This document shows, piece after piece, positions 56,088 to 64,000 of a DNA stretch of 64,000 nt. The DNA is from Vicinamibacteria bacterium (GTDB lineage Bacteria > Acidobacteriota > Vicinamibacteria > Vicinamibacterales > JAENWD01). Positions within the stretch are counted from its first letter, which is position 1. Every line of letters begins with the position of its first letter. The stretch spans positions 128,910 to 192,909 of the forward strand of contig CAVUPP010000010.1 in the NCBI GenBank assembly GCA_963743245.1, read 5' to 3'. The notes under the pieces were generated by a model, which saw only the letters and a program-made list of their open reading frames with translations, made no database searches and was not told the origin of the DNA. A program made the translations under genes and the position numbers.

Positions 56088-56276
56088 AGCGGTTGGCTTC
56101 GCGTGAAGGCCACCTATCGTGACGCAGTGGCCGCCTCGACGGCGGCCTGGTTCGAGACGTCGAGAACGGCGTGCTGCACGATGCGTTCTTCCGCCGCAGC
56201 TCGGCGGCGACCGCCTCGACCAGCGCAAGCAGCGCGACCGTCCTGCGAGTTTCTCGCGATAGAATCTGGGCCATCC

Positions 56277-58952
56277 GTGAGCGCGCTCGCGACTGGGCAG
56301 GTCATCTCCCACTATCGGATCGTCCGTACTTTGGGGGCGGGCGGAATGGGCGAGGTGTATCTCGCCGAGGACATCAGGCTCGGACGCCAGATCGCGTTGA
56401 AGGTGCTCGCCAGCGAGACTGCGGGCGATCCGGACCGCCGTGCCCGTTTCGAGCGCGAGGCGCGGGCGGTCGCTGCGCTCAATCATCCCGGTATCGTCAC
56501 GATCCATTCGGTTGAAGAGGACCAGGGGCTGCTGTTCCTGACGATGGAGGTGGTCGAGGGTGCCACGCTCTCCGAACGCATTCCGCCCGAAGGGCTGCCG
56601 CTCGACGAACTGCTCAAGATAAGTATCCCGCTTACCGACGCGGTTGGCACGGCGCACCAGCGTGGCATCACGCACCGCGATCTGAAACCAGCCAACGTGA
56701 TGATCGGCCATGACGGCCGCGTAAAAGTGCTCGACTTCGGTCTGGCAAAACAGCAGCTGCAGGATGCGTTCGGACACGAGACGGCTCTCGCGACGGAGAA
56801 CCTGACAGGGGAAGGCCGGATACTCGGTACCGTCGCCTACATGGCGCCCGAGCAGGCGCTGGGGAAGCCGGTCGATCAGCGCTCGGACATCTTTTCTCTG
56901 GGCACCGTCCTCTTCGAAATGGCGACTGGCCAGAAGCCGTTCACGGGCGACTCGAGCGTCTCAGTGCTGTCGGCCGTGTTGAAAGACACGCCGCCGCTGG
57001 TGACCGACCTCAGGCCGCATTTGCCGCGCGATCTTGGCCGGATGGTCAAGCGGTGTCTTGCCAAGGATCCCGAGGAGCGCTATCAGACCGCGAAGGACCT
57101 GCGGAACGATCTCAAGGCGCTCAAGGAAGACAGCGACAGCGGCGATCAGGCAAAAGGGAGCGTCTCGGTTTCGGTGCCAGCGATCTCTACTCACACGAAT
57201 GTCGTCGCTCCGGTCGCGACGCGTGCGAGACACATCTGGCCATGGGCCGGCGCGGCCGCAGCACTGCTGACCGGTGGCGCGTTTGTGGCGTGGTCGGCGT
57301 CGGCGCCCGCTCCCCCGCGTGTGACCGCGACGCGAGAGATCACGACTGATGGCATCCGGAAAGGCCCGCCCGTCACGGATGGTACGCGTCTGTATTTCGG
57401 TGTCGGCCGTCTGCAGGGTCCAAACGACACAGGATCAGCATTCGCGCAGGTCGCAGCGTCGGGGGGCGAGACGGTCGAGCTCGCGCCGTCAGCGGGAATG
57501 GTAATTCTCGACATCGACCAGGCCGGCACGGAGCTGCTGGTAACTGAAGTCGCTGGCACGGGCGACAACGACCTGTACGTGCGCCCACTTCTTGGCGGGA
57601 CCGCGCGCCGCGTGGGCGACATCAAGACCAACAGTCTCCGGGTCTACGGCAAGTGCGCGGCCTGGAGCCCAGACAAATCGCAAATCGTCTACACCTACGG
57701 ATTGGAGGTGCGCGTTGCCAAGAGCGATGGAACCGATTCCCGCACGCTGCTGAAAGCGCGGGGCGTTCCGTTCGCGCCCCTATGGTCTCCCGATGGCGCA
57801 CGGCTTCGCTATTCGGTCCGGGACGAGAAGACCGAGAGCTTCTCACTCTGGGAGGCTAACGCCGACGGTACGGACGCACACGCGCTTCTCCCCGGCTGGA
57901 CGGGCGCTCCAAAGCCGTGCTGCGGTGTCTGGACTGGTGACGGCCGCTACTACCTCTTCGAAGCCGGTAACAACATCTGGGCGCGTGCGGAACACGGTGG
58001 CCTGCTGCGGCGGCGCACGCCCGATCCTGTGCAGCTGACGTTCGGGCCGCTGCAGTTTTCTGGCGTGACGCCGAGCCGCGACGGCAAGCGGCTCTTCGCG
58101 GTTGGCGACCTCGCCAAGGGACGGCTGATCCGCTACGACGCCGCGCAGAAACAATTCGTTCCCTATCTGCCGGACGTGTCAGCCGAGGGCGTTGTCGTCT
58201 CTGGCGACGGTCAATGGATTGCGTACACTGCGTATCCCGGCAGCACGCTCTGGCGGAGCCGGATCGACGGCAGCGAACGCGTGCAGCTCACGTTCCCCCC
58301 GATGCAGGCGGCCTTGCCGCGATGGTCACCTGACGGCAGCCAGATCGCCTTCTTTACCGTGACGCCGTCCGAAACCCCCAAGCTTTATCTGGTGGCGGCA
58401 TCCGGCGGCGCGCCGAGACGGGCGACGACTGGGACCGAACCGGAGGCCGATCCGTCCTGGTCACCAGATGGACAGCAGCTGGTGTTTGGCGGAAGGGCCG
58501 GCGGCATCGGTGACCCGTCGTCGAGATCAAACATTCAGGTGCTCGATCTTCGGACGGGAAAGAACAGTCCGCTACCAGGCTCGAACGGTCTCTTCTCGCC
58601 TCGGTGGTCCCCCAACGGGCGCTACATCGTCGCGTTGACGCAGGACTCTCTGCACATGCGGCTCTTCGATTTGACGTCCGAGTCCTGGTCGGATCTCATT
58701 CAGTCGCCGGTCTTCGTGGGGTGGCCAAGCTGGTCGCCGGACAGCCGCTCCATCACATACGAGCAAAACCCAGAGATCCGGCGCATTACGATCGCCGATC
58801 GGCACGTCGAGACCCTTGCCAGCCTGAGGGGTCAAACTCGCGCTATTGGCCCGGTCGGTCCCTGGCTTGGTGCGGCTCCGGACGGGTCGCCGGTGGTGCT
58901 TCTGGATGCCGGAACGCACGACATCTACGCGCTCGACTGGGAGGCGCCGTAG
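56277..58952 (+). CDS. Ser/Thr protein kinase fused to a TolB-like PD40 beta-propeller region
   Basis: GTG at 56277 within track ORF 56103... Kinase motifs are LGAGGMGEVYLA, IALKVL, HRDLKPANV, DFGLA and APE. One TM follows, then WSPDG/PD40 repeats (WSPDKSQI, WSPDGARL, WSPDGSQI, WSPDGQQL, WSPNGRYI, WSPDSRSI). Confidence 0.9.
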   Translation: MSALATGQVISHYRIVRTLGAGGMGEVYLAEDIRLGRQIALKVLASETAGDPDRRARFEREARAVAALNHPGIVTIHSVEEDQGLLFLTMEVVEGATLSERIPPEGLPLDELLKISIPLTDAVGTAHQRGITHRDLKPANVMIGHDGRVKVLDFGLAKQQLQDAFGHETALATENLTGEGRILGTVAYMAPEQALGKPVDQRSDIFSLGTVLFEMATGQKPFTGDSSVSVLSAVLKDTPPLVTDLRPHLPRDLGRMVKRCLAKDPEERYQTAKDLRNDLKALKEDSDSGDQAKGSVSVSVPAISTHTNVVAPVATRARHIWPWAGAAAALLTGGAFVAWSASAPAPPRVTATREITTDGIRKGPPVTDGTRLYFGVGRLQGPNDTGSAFAQVAASGGETVELAPSAGMVILDIDQAGTELLVTEVAGTGDNDLYVRPLLGGTARRVGDIKTNSLRVYGKCAAWSPDKSQIVYTYGLEVRVAKSDGTDSRTLLKARGVPFAPLWSPDGARLRYSVRDEKTESFSLWEANADGTDAHALLPGWTGAPKPCCGVWTGDGRYYLFEAGNNIWARAEHGGLLRRRTPDPVQLTFGPLQFSGVTPSRDGKRLFAVGDLAKGRLIRYDAAQKQFVPYLPDVSAEGVVVSGDGQWIAYTAYPGSTLWRSRIDGSERVQLTFPPMQAALPRWSPDGSQIAFFTVTPSETPKLYLVAASGGAPRRATTGTEPEADPSWSPDGQQLVFGGRAGGIGDPSSRSNIQVLDLRTGKNSPLPGSNGLFSPRWSPNGRYIVALTQDSLHMRLFDLTSESWSDLIQSPVFVGWPSWSPDSRSITYEQNPEIRRITIADRHVETLASLRGQTRAIGPVGPWLGAAPDGSPVVLLDAGTHDIYALDWEAP

Positions 58953-59053
58953 TTGTTCTGCCGATGGGTAGTGCTCGTTCGGCGTCAGTTCCGGCGAGCG
59001 AAGAATGGCTTGCCATCCGTAGCTCGCTCAGCGTCAGTTCCGCGAGCGAAGGA

Positions 59054-59128
59054 TGGTACCGGTACGGGGATTCGAACCCCGGTCCCGTGGCTGAGAACCA
59101 CGTGTCCTGACCCCTAGACGATACCGGC
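59054..59128 (-). tRNA. tRNA-Glu (anticodon CUC)
   Basis: Hand-folded. The acceptor is GCCGGTA/TACCGGT (G1-U72) and the D arm is GTCT-AGGGGTC-AGGAC. The anticodon arm is CGTGG-TTCTCAG-CCACG (CTC) and the T arm is CGGGG-TTCGAAT-CCCCG. A73 and an encoded CCA follow. The architecture is collinear with E. coli tRNA-Glu. Confidence 0.92.
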
Positions 59129-59263
59129 ACGTATCAGGAATCTTCGATCTTACCCAGCCCCCAGGACCTCGTCAACCTGCGCTCCGCGGTCGCCTTGGCG
59201 CACCGCACACGCGCACCGCGCAGCCCGCACCTCTACAGGATTGACAGGTATGATGGTGGACCG

Positions 59264-60629
59264 ATGCGTTACCTGCTCGCGCTCGTCGTGATCCTCGTCC
59301 TCGCTCTCGGCGGCTTCTGGGTCTACGCCGGCCGCGGCGGCGCTCCTGTCATCACCATCGACAAGCCCCAGACCCTCGTCGGCCAGGCGGGCACACTCGA
59401 CGTCGTGATCACGACGCCAGGCGGCAAGCTGAGTGAGTTGAACGCCACGTTGGAGCAGAGCGGCCAGTCGGTTTCGCTCTTTTCGCTCGCGCAGCCGGGT
59501 GGCGCCGACGCTGAAGCAGGAAGGCGCGGAAGCCGTACGGCTGACGCGTGGCATCGGCCGCGCCGACGTTCCACAACTGAAGAGCGGCGACGCACGGATC
59601 ACCATCACCGCCGCGCGCACGGGGCCGTTTGGCCTGCGCCGGCAGGTCGGCGCCGCCACCCGGGCGTTCCAGGTTCGCCTCGAGCCGCCCCGCGTCGCCG
59701 TGATCTCGACCCACCACTTCGTGAATCTTGGCGGCGCCGAGGCGGTCGTCTATCGCGCGACGCCGGCGGACGTGATGTCGGGTGTCAAGGTCGGCGAAGA
59801 CGAGTATCCGGGCTATCCGCTCAGCGGCGCGGGCGTCGCCGCCGATCCCTCGCTCAAGATCGCGTTCTTCGCCCTCCTCTTCGACCAGGATCTGAACACG
59901 CCGTTCACGGTGTTCGCGCGTGACGAGGCCGGCAACGGCGCGTCGACTCCACTCGACGCGAAGGTGTTCACCAAGAACTTCCGCCGCAGCCGGATCGAAG
60001 TGCCCCAGGCGTTCCTGCAGCGCGTGGTCCCCGCTATCCTCCAGAACACGCAGGGCTTTACCGCGTCGAATCCCTCGGATCTCCTGCAATCGTTCCTCGA
60101 GATCAACCGGGATCTACGTCAGAAGAACGCCCAGCAGATCGCGGCGCTGGCGAAGTCCACGTCGAAGGACATCCTCTGGCAGGGCGCGTTCCTGCAGCTC
60201 GGCAACTCGCAGGTCGAGTCGATGTTCGCGGACCATCGCACCTATTTCTACGAGAACAAGGAAATCGACCAGCAGGTGCACCTCGGGTTCGACCTGGCCG
60301 TCACGAGCGCCGTGCCCGTCGTGGCCGCCAACAAGGGCCGCGTCGTGAACGCGGACTTCCTGGGGATTTACGGGAATTGCGTCATCCTCGACCACGGAAT
60401 GGGCGTTCAATCGCTCTACGCGCACCTCTCGTCGATTGACGTCAAGGTCGGCGATACCGTAGAGAAAGGCCAGACGCTCGGCCGGAGCGGCATGACCGGT
60501 CTCGCCGGCGGCGATCACCTGCACTTCACCATGCTCGTGAACGGCCATCCGGTCAACGCGGTCGAGTGGTGGGACGCGCACTGGATCGAAGACCGCGTGA
60601 TGCGTAAGATTCGCGAAGCCAAGCAGTAG
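59264..60629 (+). pseudogene. M23-family (LytM-type) metalloendopeptidase, frame broken near 59498
   Basis: The ATG at 59264 gives a signal/anchor (MRYLLALVVILVLALGGFWVYA) and runs up to ...SLFSLAQP. The +1 frame (track 59499..60629) continues VAPTLKQEG... to the M23 motifs HLGFDLA, VILDHGMGVQSLYAHLS and GGDHLHF. Confidence 0.85.
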
Positions 60630-60650
60630 CTCGGAGTGCGGAGTTAGGAC

Positions 60651-61601
60651 GTGGCAGTGCCTGTGTCGGGCTATTCGTCATACATCAATCGGCCGTCGTC
60701 TTTGCCGGCGCAGGTCCCGTCTGGCCATGTGCCATCGCCGGCGGCACGGACGCGCGCGCTCGCGGACTTCGTCACGCTGACCAAGCCGCGCGTCAATCTG
60801 CTCGTGGTGATGACGACGGGGATTGGGTTCTATCTCGGGGCGACCGGCCTCGACCCGTGGCGGGTCTTCCACGCCTTGGTGGGGACCGGCCTCGTGGCGT
60901 CGGGCGCCGCCGCGTTCAATCAGATCTACGAGCGCGATATCGATCGCCTGATGCGGCGCACGCAATCCCGTCCGCTGCCATCAGGGCGGCTCGACGTGGG
61001 CGAAGCGCGCTGGTTTGCGGCGGCATTGGCGCTGGCCGGGCTCGTCGAGCTCGGACTTGGCACGACCTGGCTCGCCGCCGCGGTGGCGGCGGCCACGATC
61101 GTGAGCTACGCGCTTGTCTACACGCCGCTCAAGACGCGCACGTCCCTCGCCACGGTGGTCGGCGCCGTTCCCGGAGCCCTGCCTCCGCTGATCGGCTGGG
61201 CCGCTGCGACCGGCACGCTTCCCATCCAAGCCTGGTCGCTCTTTGCCATCGTCTTTTTCTGGCAGATGCCGCACGTGCTGGCAGTGTCGTGGATGTACCG
61301 CGAAGACTACGAGCGGGGCGGCATCCGGGTGCTTCCCGTCGTCGAGCCGGACGGAGGCAGCACGGCGCGCCAGATCGTGAGTTACGCCGCAGCGCTGATT
61401 CCGGTCAGCCTGCTGCCAACGGCGACGGGGCTCGCGGGCGATGTCTATCTCGTGGCGGCCGTCGCTCTTGGGCTGGCACTTCTCGGGTTGAGCCTCGCTT
61501 TCGCGCGTGAGCGGAAGCGTGAGCGGGCGCGCCGGCTGTTCTACGCATCGCTGGTCTATCTGCCCGTGCTCTGGGTGGTGCTCATCGGAAATCGGAACTG
61601 A
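60651..61601 (+). CDS. ctaB: Protoheme IX farnesyltransferase (heme O synthase)
   Basis: Track ORF, 316 aa (GTG start). LTKPRVNLLV, NQIYERDIDRLMRRTQSRPLPSG and FFWQMPH are UbiA-family CtaB/CyoE motifs. Confidence 0.9.
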   Translation: MAVPVSGYSSYINRPSSLPAQVPSGHVPSPAARTRALADFVTLTKPRVNLLVVMTTGIGFYLGATGLDPWRVFHALVGTGLVASGAAAFNQIYERDIDRLMRRTQSRPLPSGRLDVGEARWFAAALALAGLVELGLGTTWLAAAVAAATIVSYALVYTPLKTRTSLATVVGAVPGALPPLIGWAAATGTLPIQAWSLFAIVFFWQMPHVLAVSWMYREDYERGGIRVLPVVEPDGGSTARQIVSYAAALIPVSLLPTATGLAGDVYLVAAVALGLALLGLSLAFARERKRERARRLFYASLVYLPVLWVVLIGNRN

Positions 61602-61603
61602 AT

Positions 61604-61676
61604 CGGTCTTCTGTCTTCAGCCTGCGGTCTGCGGTTCTGCGGGTCCGACGAATACGAACACGAACTCGACTACGAC
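61604..61676. repeat. Short-period array (gtcttc/gtctgcg units, then acgaa[tc]acgaac units)
   Basis: Read directly, between the ctaB stop (61601) and the DUF420 gene start. Confidence 0.65.
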
Positions 61677-61707
61677 ATCGCAGTCACGCGTCAATCCGCA
61701 TTCGTCA

Positions 61708-62133
61708 TTGCCCGTGCCGTTGCTGTCTCTCCTCCCCACGCTGAACGCCGCGCTCAACGCTACCTCGACGGTTTTGCTCATCGTGGCACGTCGCTTCATA
61801 CGGCGCGGCCGAATCGACGCGCATCGCCGCACGATGATTGCGGCCTTCGTGACCTCGTGCCTCTTCCTCGTTTCGTACGTTGTCTACCACGCGCAAATCG
61901 GGTCGCGGCCCTTCCCCGGTCGCGGACCCATCAGAGTGATCTACTTCACGATCCTGATCACCCACGTGGTGCTTGCGGCGGTCATCGTGCCGCTCGTCCT
62001 GGTGACGCTCAGACGCGGTTTGCACAGAGATGATGCACGACATCGTGCAATCGCGCGCTGGACATGGCCTCTATGGCTGTATGTCTCAGTGACCGGCGTC
62101 ATCATCTATGGCATGCTGTATCACCTCTATTGA
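61708..62133 (+). CDS. DUF420-family membrane protein (often linked to heme-copper oxidase biogenesis)
   Basis: A TTG at 61708 or GTG at 61714 within track ORF 61507..62133. LPTLNAALNATSTVLL...HRRTMIAAF...HVVLA...H fits the four-TM DUF420 pattern. The upstream part of the ORF overlaps ctaB and the repeat. Confidence 0.7.
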   Translation: MPVPLLSLLPTLNAALNATSTVLLIVARRFIRRGRIDAHRRTMIAAFVTSCLFLVSYVVYHAQIGSRPFPGRGPIRVIYFTILITHVVLAAVIVPLVLVTLRRGLHRDDARHRAIARWTWPLWLYVSVTGVIIYGMLYHLY

Positions 62134-62178
62134 GCGTCGGCCGCCGGGTGCGCGTCGCGCGATTGAGATGATCGAGTA

Positions 62179-63477
62179 GTGTCCGACACGCGCGACTTCG
62201 CCAATCTACTTCGACGGCTCTCGCGGACCTATCGACTGGGCTTCGCCCTGATCGCGCTGGTCGCTGCCGGATGGTTCGCCATCACCGAGGCGGCCCTCGC
62301 GCACCTGCAGACACTTGCGGCCGCTGCGCCGCCTGCGCACGCCGCGCTCTTCCAACAGGAATCGCTCTTCCTCGAGCGCGCGGCTCAGATCAGCGGACTG
62401 AGCATCGTGGTCTTGCTCGCATTGGAAGCGGTACTCGTCTTCCGCCCGGCACTGCGCTGGTTGCGGCGCGAGCGCGAAGTGCAGGAACAGACGCGCGAGC
62501 TGCGGGACCGCGCGCTCGATGTCGCCCGCGCGGCAGAGATCCGGCGGGCGGAGGTCGAAACGCGCTTCCGGAGCAGCTTCGATTCGGCGGCCATCGGCAT
62601 GGCGCTCGTGTCGTTCAGCGGCACGCTCTCTGAAGTGAACAAATCACTCTGCGAGATGCTCGGGTATTCGGAGCTGGTGTTGAACGGCATGCACCTCACG
62701 CAGATCACGCATCCTGATGATGCGCTGCGGGTGTTGGAGGCGCTGGGCGGCATCGGCGCCGCTCGCCGCCGCGACTGCCGGCTGGAACATCGCTATACAC
62801 GCCGCGACGGGCAGGTGGTCTGGGCGCTGGTGGCCATAGCACGCGTGCCGGACGCGAATGGCAAGCCGCTCTACGCCGTCGTGCAGGCCGAGGACATCTC
62901 GGCCCGGAAGCGCGCAGAAGAGAACGCCGCGCACTATGCCTCGGAGCTACGCCAATTGGCGCTGACCGACGACCTGACGCGCGTCCACAACAGGCGCGGC
63001 TTCCGCGTGCTGGCCGAACAGGCGTGCCTGGCGCAGCAGCGCAGCCAGGAGCCCCTGATGCTCGTGGCCGTGGACCTCGATCGCCTGAAGTTCATCAACG
63101 ACCGGTTCGGGCATGCCGCCGGCGACCGCGCCCTCATCATCGTCGCGACCGCTCTCGTGTCCACCTTCCGCACGTCGGACATCATCGGCCGGATGGGCGG
63201 CGATGAGTTCGTCTGTCTGCTCCCGAACGCCGCTGACATGACCGAGGCGCAGGTGAAGAGCCGTCTCGAGGCCAGACTCGCGCAGTTGTCGGCCGATCTG
63301 CAGGAAGAGTTCCCAGTTACCGCGGCGATTGGTCTCGCAACCGCTTCACCGATGGTTACGGTGGAGTTGGACGCACTCATCCGGGAAGCGGACCGCTCGC
63401 TCTACGGCGCCAAACACGCCCGTCTCGAAGACGACCTCGCGACCCCACCCGTGGGTCAGCCCAATCGTCTACGCTAG
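62179..63477 (+). CDS. Membrane-anchored PAS / GGDEF diguanylate cyclase
   Basis: Track ORF, 432 aa. It has two N-terminal hydrophobic segments, a coiled linker and a PAS-like region (FDSAAIGMALVSFSG...YTRRDGQVVW). The GGDEF domain carries RMGGDEFVCLL and the I-site-like RTSD. Confidence 0.88.
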   Translation: MSDTRDFANLLRRLSRTYRLGFALIALVAAGWFAITEAALAHLQTLAAAAPPAHAALFQQESLFLERAAQISGLSIVVLLALEAVLVFRPALRWLRREREVQEQTRELRDRALDVARAAEIRRAEVETRFRSSFDSAAIGMALVSFSGTLSEVNKSLCEMLGYSELVLNGMHLTQITHPDDALRVLEALGGIGAARRRDCRLEHRYTRRDGQVVWALVAIARVPDANGKPLYAVVQAEDISARKRAEENAAHYASELRQLALTDDLTRVHNRRGFRVLAEQACLAQQRSQEPLMLVAVDLDRLKFINDRFGHAAGDRALIIVATALVSTFRTSDIIGRMGGDEFVCLLPNAADMTEAQVKSRLEARLAQLSADLQEEFPVTAAIGLATASPMVTVELDALIREADRSLYGAKHARLEDDLATPPVGQPNRLR

Positions 63478-63812
63478 CCAGGCGTTCCCCACCAGTCACT
63501 ACGTCGTCGACTGCCGTGCTCGATTGCGGCCGGGATTGCGGTCCGACGCGCGGCTCCATCATGCGAGGACGTGTCTTCAATCGCACAGCGCGGCGTCGCG
63601 CGACGGCGTACACTTAGTCAATTCTGGCGTTCTCCGCCTGCGGCCCCGCGTCCTTCGCCTCTCTCCAAGGCCCCTCATCTTCGTAGAGCAAGGGCCCCGG
63701 CTCCATCGGGTCGCGGCATCGAGGCCTGTGGTCCAGTCACGCACCTTGCCTCGAACCTCGAAGGCGGAATCATCGCGCGGGCGGTATTCGCACAATTCGA
63801 CAAGGAGTCAGC

Positions 63813-64000
63813 ATGAATCGATTGAAACAGACGATGTGTGTCGCCCTCGTCGCAGGCAGTGGCGTTGGGCTCGGCGGGCAGGCCGGTACGGCCGACAAGC
63901 CGTCGGACCCCAAGGCCGCGGTCTCAGTTACCCCCACGACCCCGGTCTTCACCGCGACAGGCTGCATCGCCAAAGACGCAGAGCGCGGCCGCTACCGGCT
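63813..64000 (+). CDS. Hypothetical exported protein, N-terminal fragment (runs off the window end)
   Basis: My own translation: AAGGAG lies 6 nt upstream of the ATG at 63813, and the product reads MNRLKQTMCVALVAGSGVGLGGQAGTADKPSD... The frame is open to nt 64000 and is absent from the track because it is unterminated. Confidence 0.5.
   Translation, partial: MNRLKQTMCVALVAGSGVGLGGQAGTADKPSDPKAAVSVTPTTPVFTATGCIAKDAERGRYR

Noticed and set aside
56088-56276. A 190-nt gap between the methyltransferase and the kinase; minus-strand ORFs 56068..56274 and 56114..56305 as possible gene remnants
   Set aside because: There are no recognisable motifs, no SD or start context, and both are short and compositionally typical of random GC-rich frames. 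I left it as the kinase upstream region.
58977-59128. tRNA-Glu with flanking direct repeats as an integration (att) site of a mobile element
   Set aside because: The repeats share only the CCA with the tRNA rather than its 3' body. They are 49 nt apart with nothing between them. No integrase or foreign genes flank the tRNA.
1-64000. Prophage, transposon, integron or plasmid-derived segments
   Set aside because: No integrase, transposase, recombinase, phage structural or conjugation genes are recognisable in any frame. Only compositional hints by eye (24.3-25.3 kb and 28.27-28.52 kb) suggest foreign DNA.

Overview
GC-rich bacterial chromosome segment (by eye about 65-70% GC). The gene content, for example a PD40/TolB-propeller Ser/Thr kinase and many exported peptidases, suggests an Acidobacteria-like soil organism, but that is only an inference. 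About 55 protein genes and one tRNA-Glu(CUC) are supported. No rRNA, CRISPR array, transposase, integrase or prophage genes were seen.

Core content:
- A near-complete arginine cluster: argH-argG and argR on the minus strand, argC-argB-argD-(short GNAT/NAGS-like)-argJ-argF on the plus strand.
- fabI, eda, pxpA, ctaB plus a DUF420 gene, and a thiolase/SDR pair.
- Several c-di-GMP and cNMP signalling genes, and many exported peptidases (M14, M23, M48, S1).

Main observations:
1. A translationally coupled four-gene operon (23508-27263) encodes a two-TM membrane protein with an N-terminal effector-associated-domain (EAD/Death-like) adaptor, an exported trypsin-like protease and two small exported proteins. 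No NTPase partner is nearby.
2. At least 12 reading-frame breaks occur in 9 otherwise conserved genes. Every one needs a single nucleotide to be skipped (+1). Assembly indel error is the most likely cause.
3. A family of short-period (6-8 nt, mostly 7 nt) low-complexity arrays fills most intergenic spacers, often as inverted arms.
4. A sigma-54 activator with a non-canonical N-terminus lies next to a good -24/-12 promoter in front of an HD-GYP/GAF/GGDEF gene.
5. A CHASE2 cyclase, M48 protease and cNMP-binding MscS form an operon.
6. An orphan DGQHR (DndB/DpdB-like) gene is followed by a leader-ORF/terminator arrangement upstream of an orphan pxpA.
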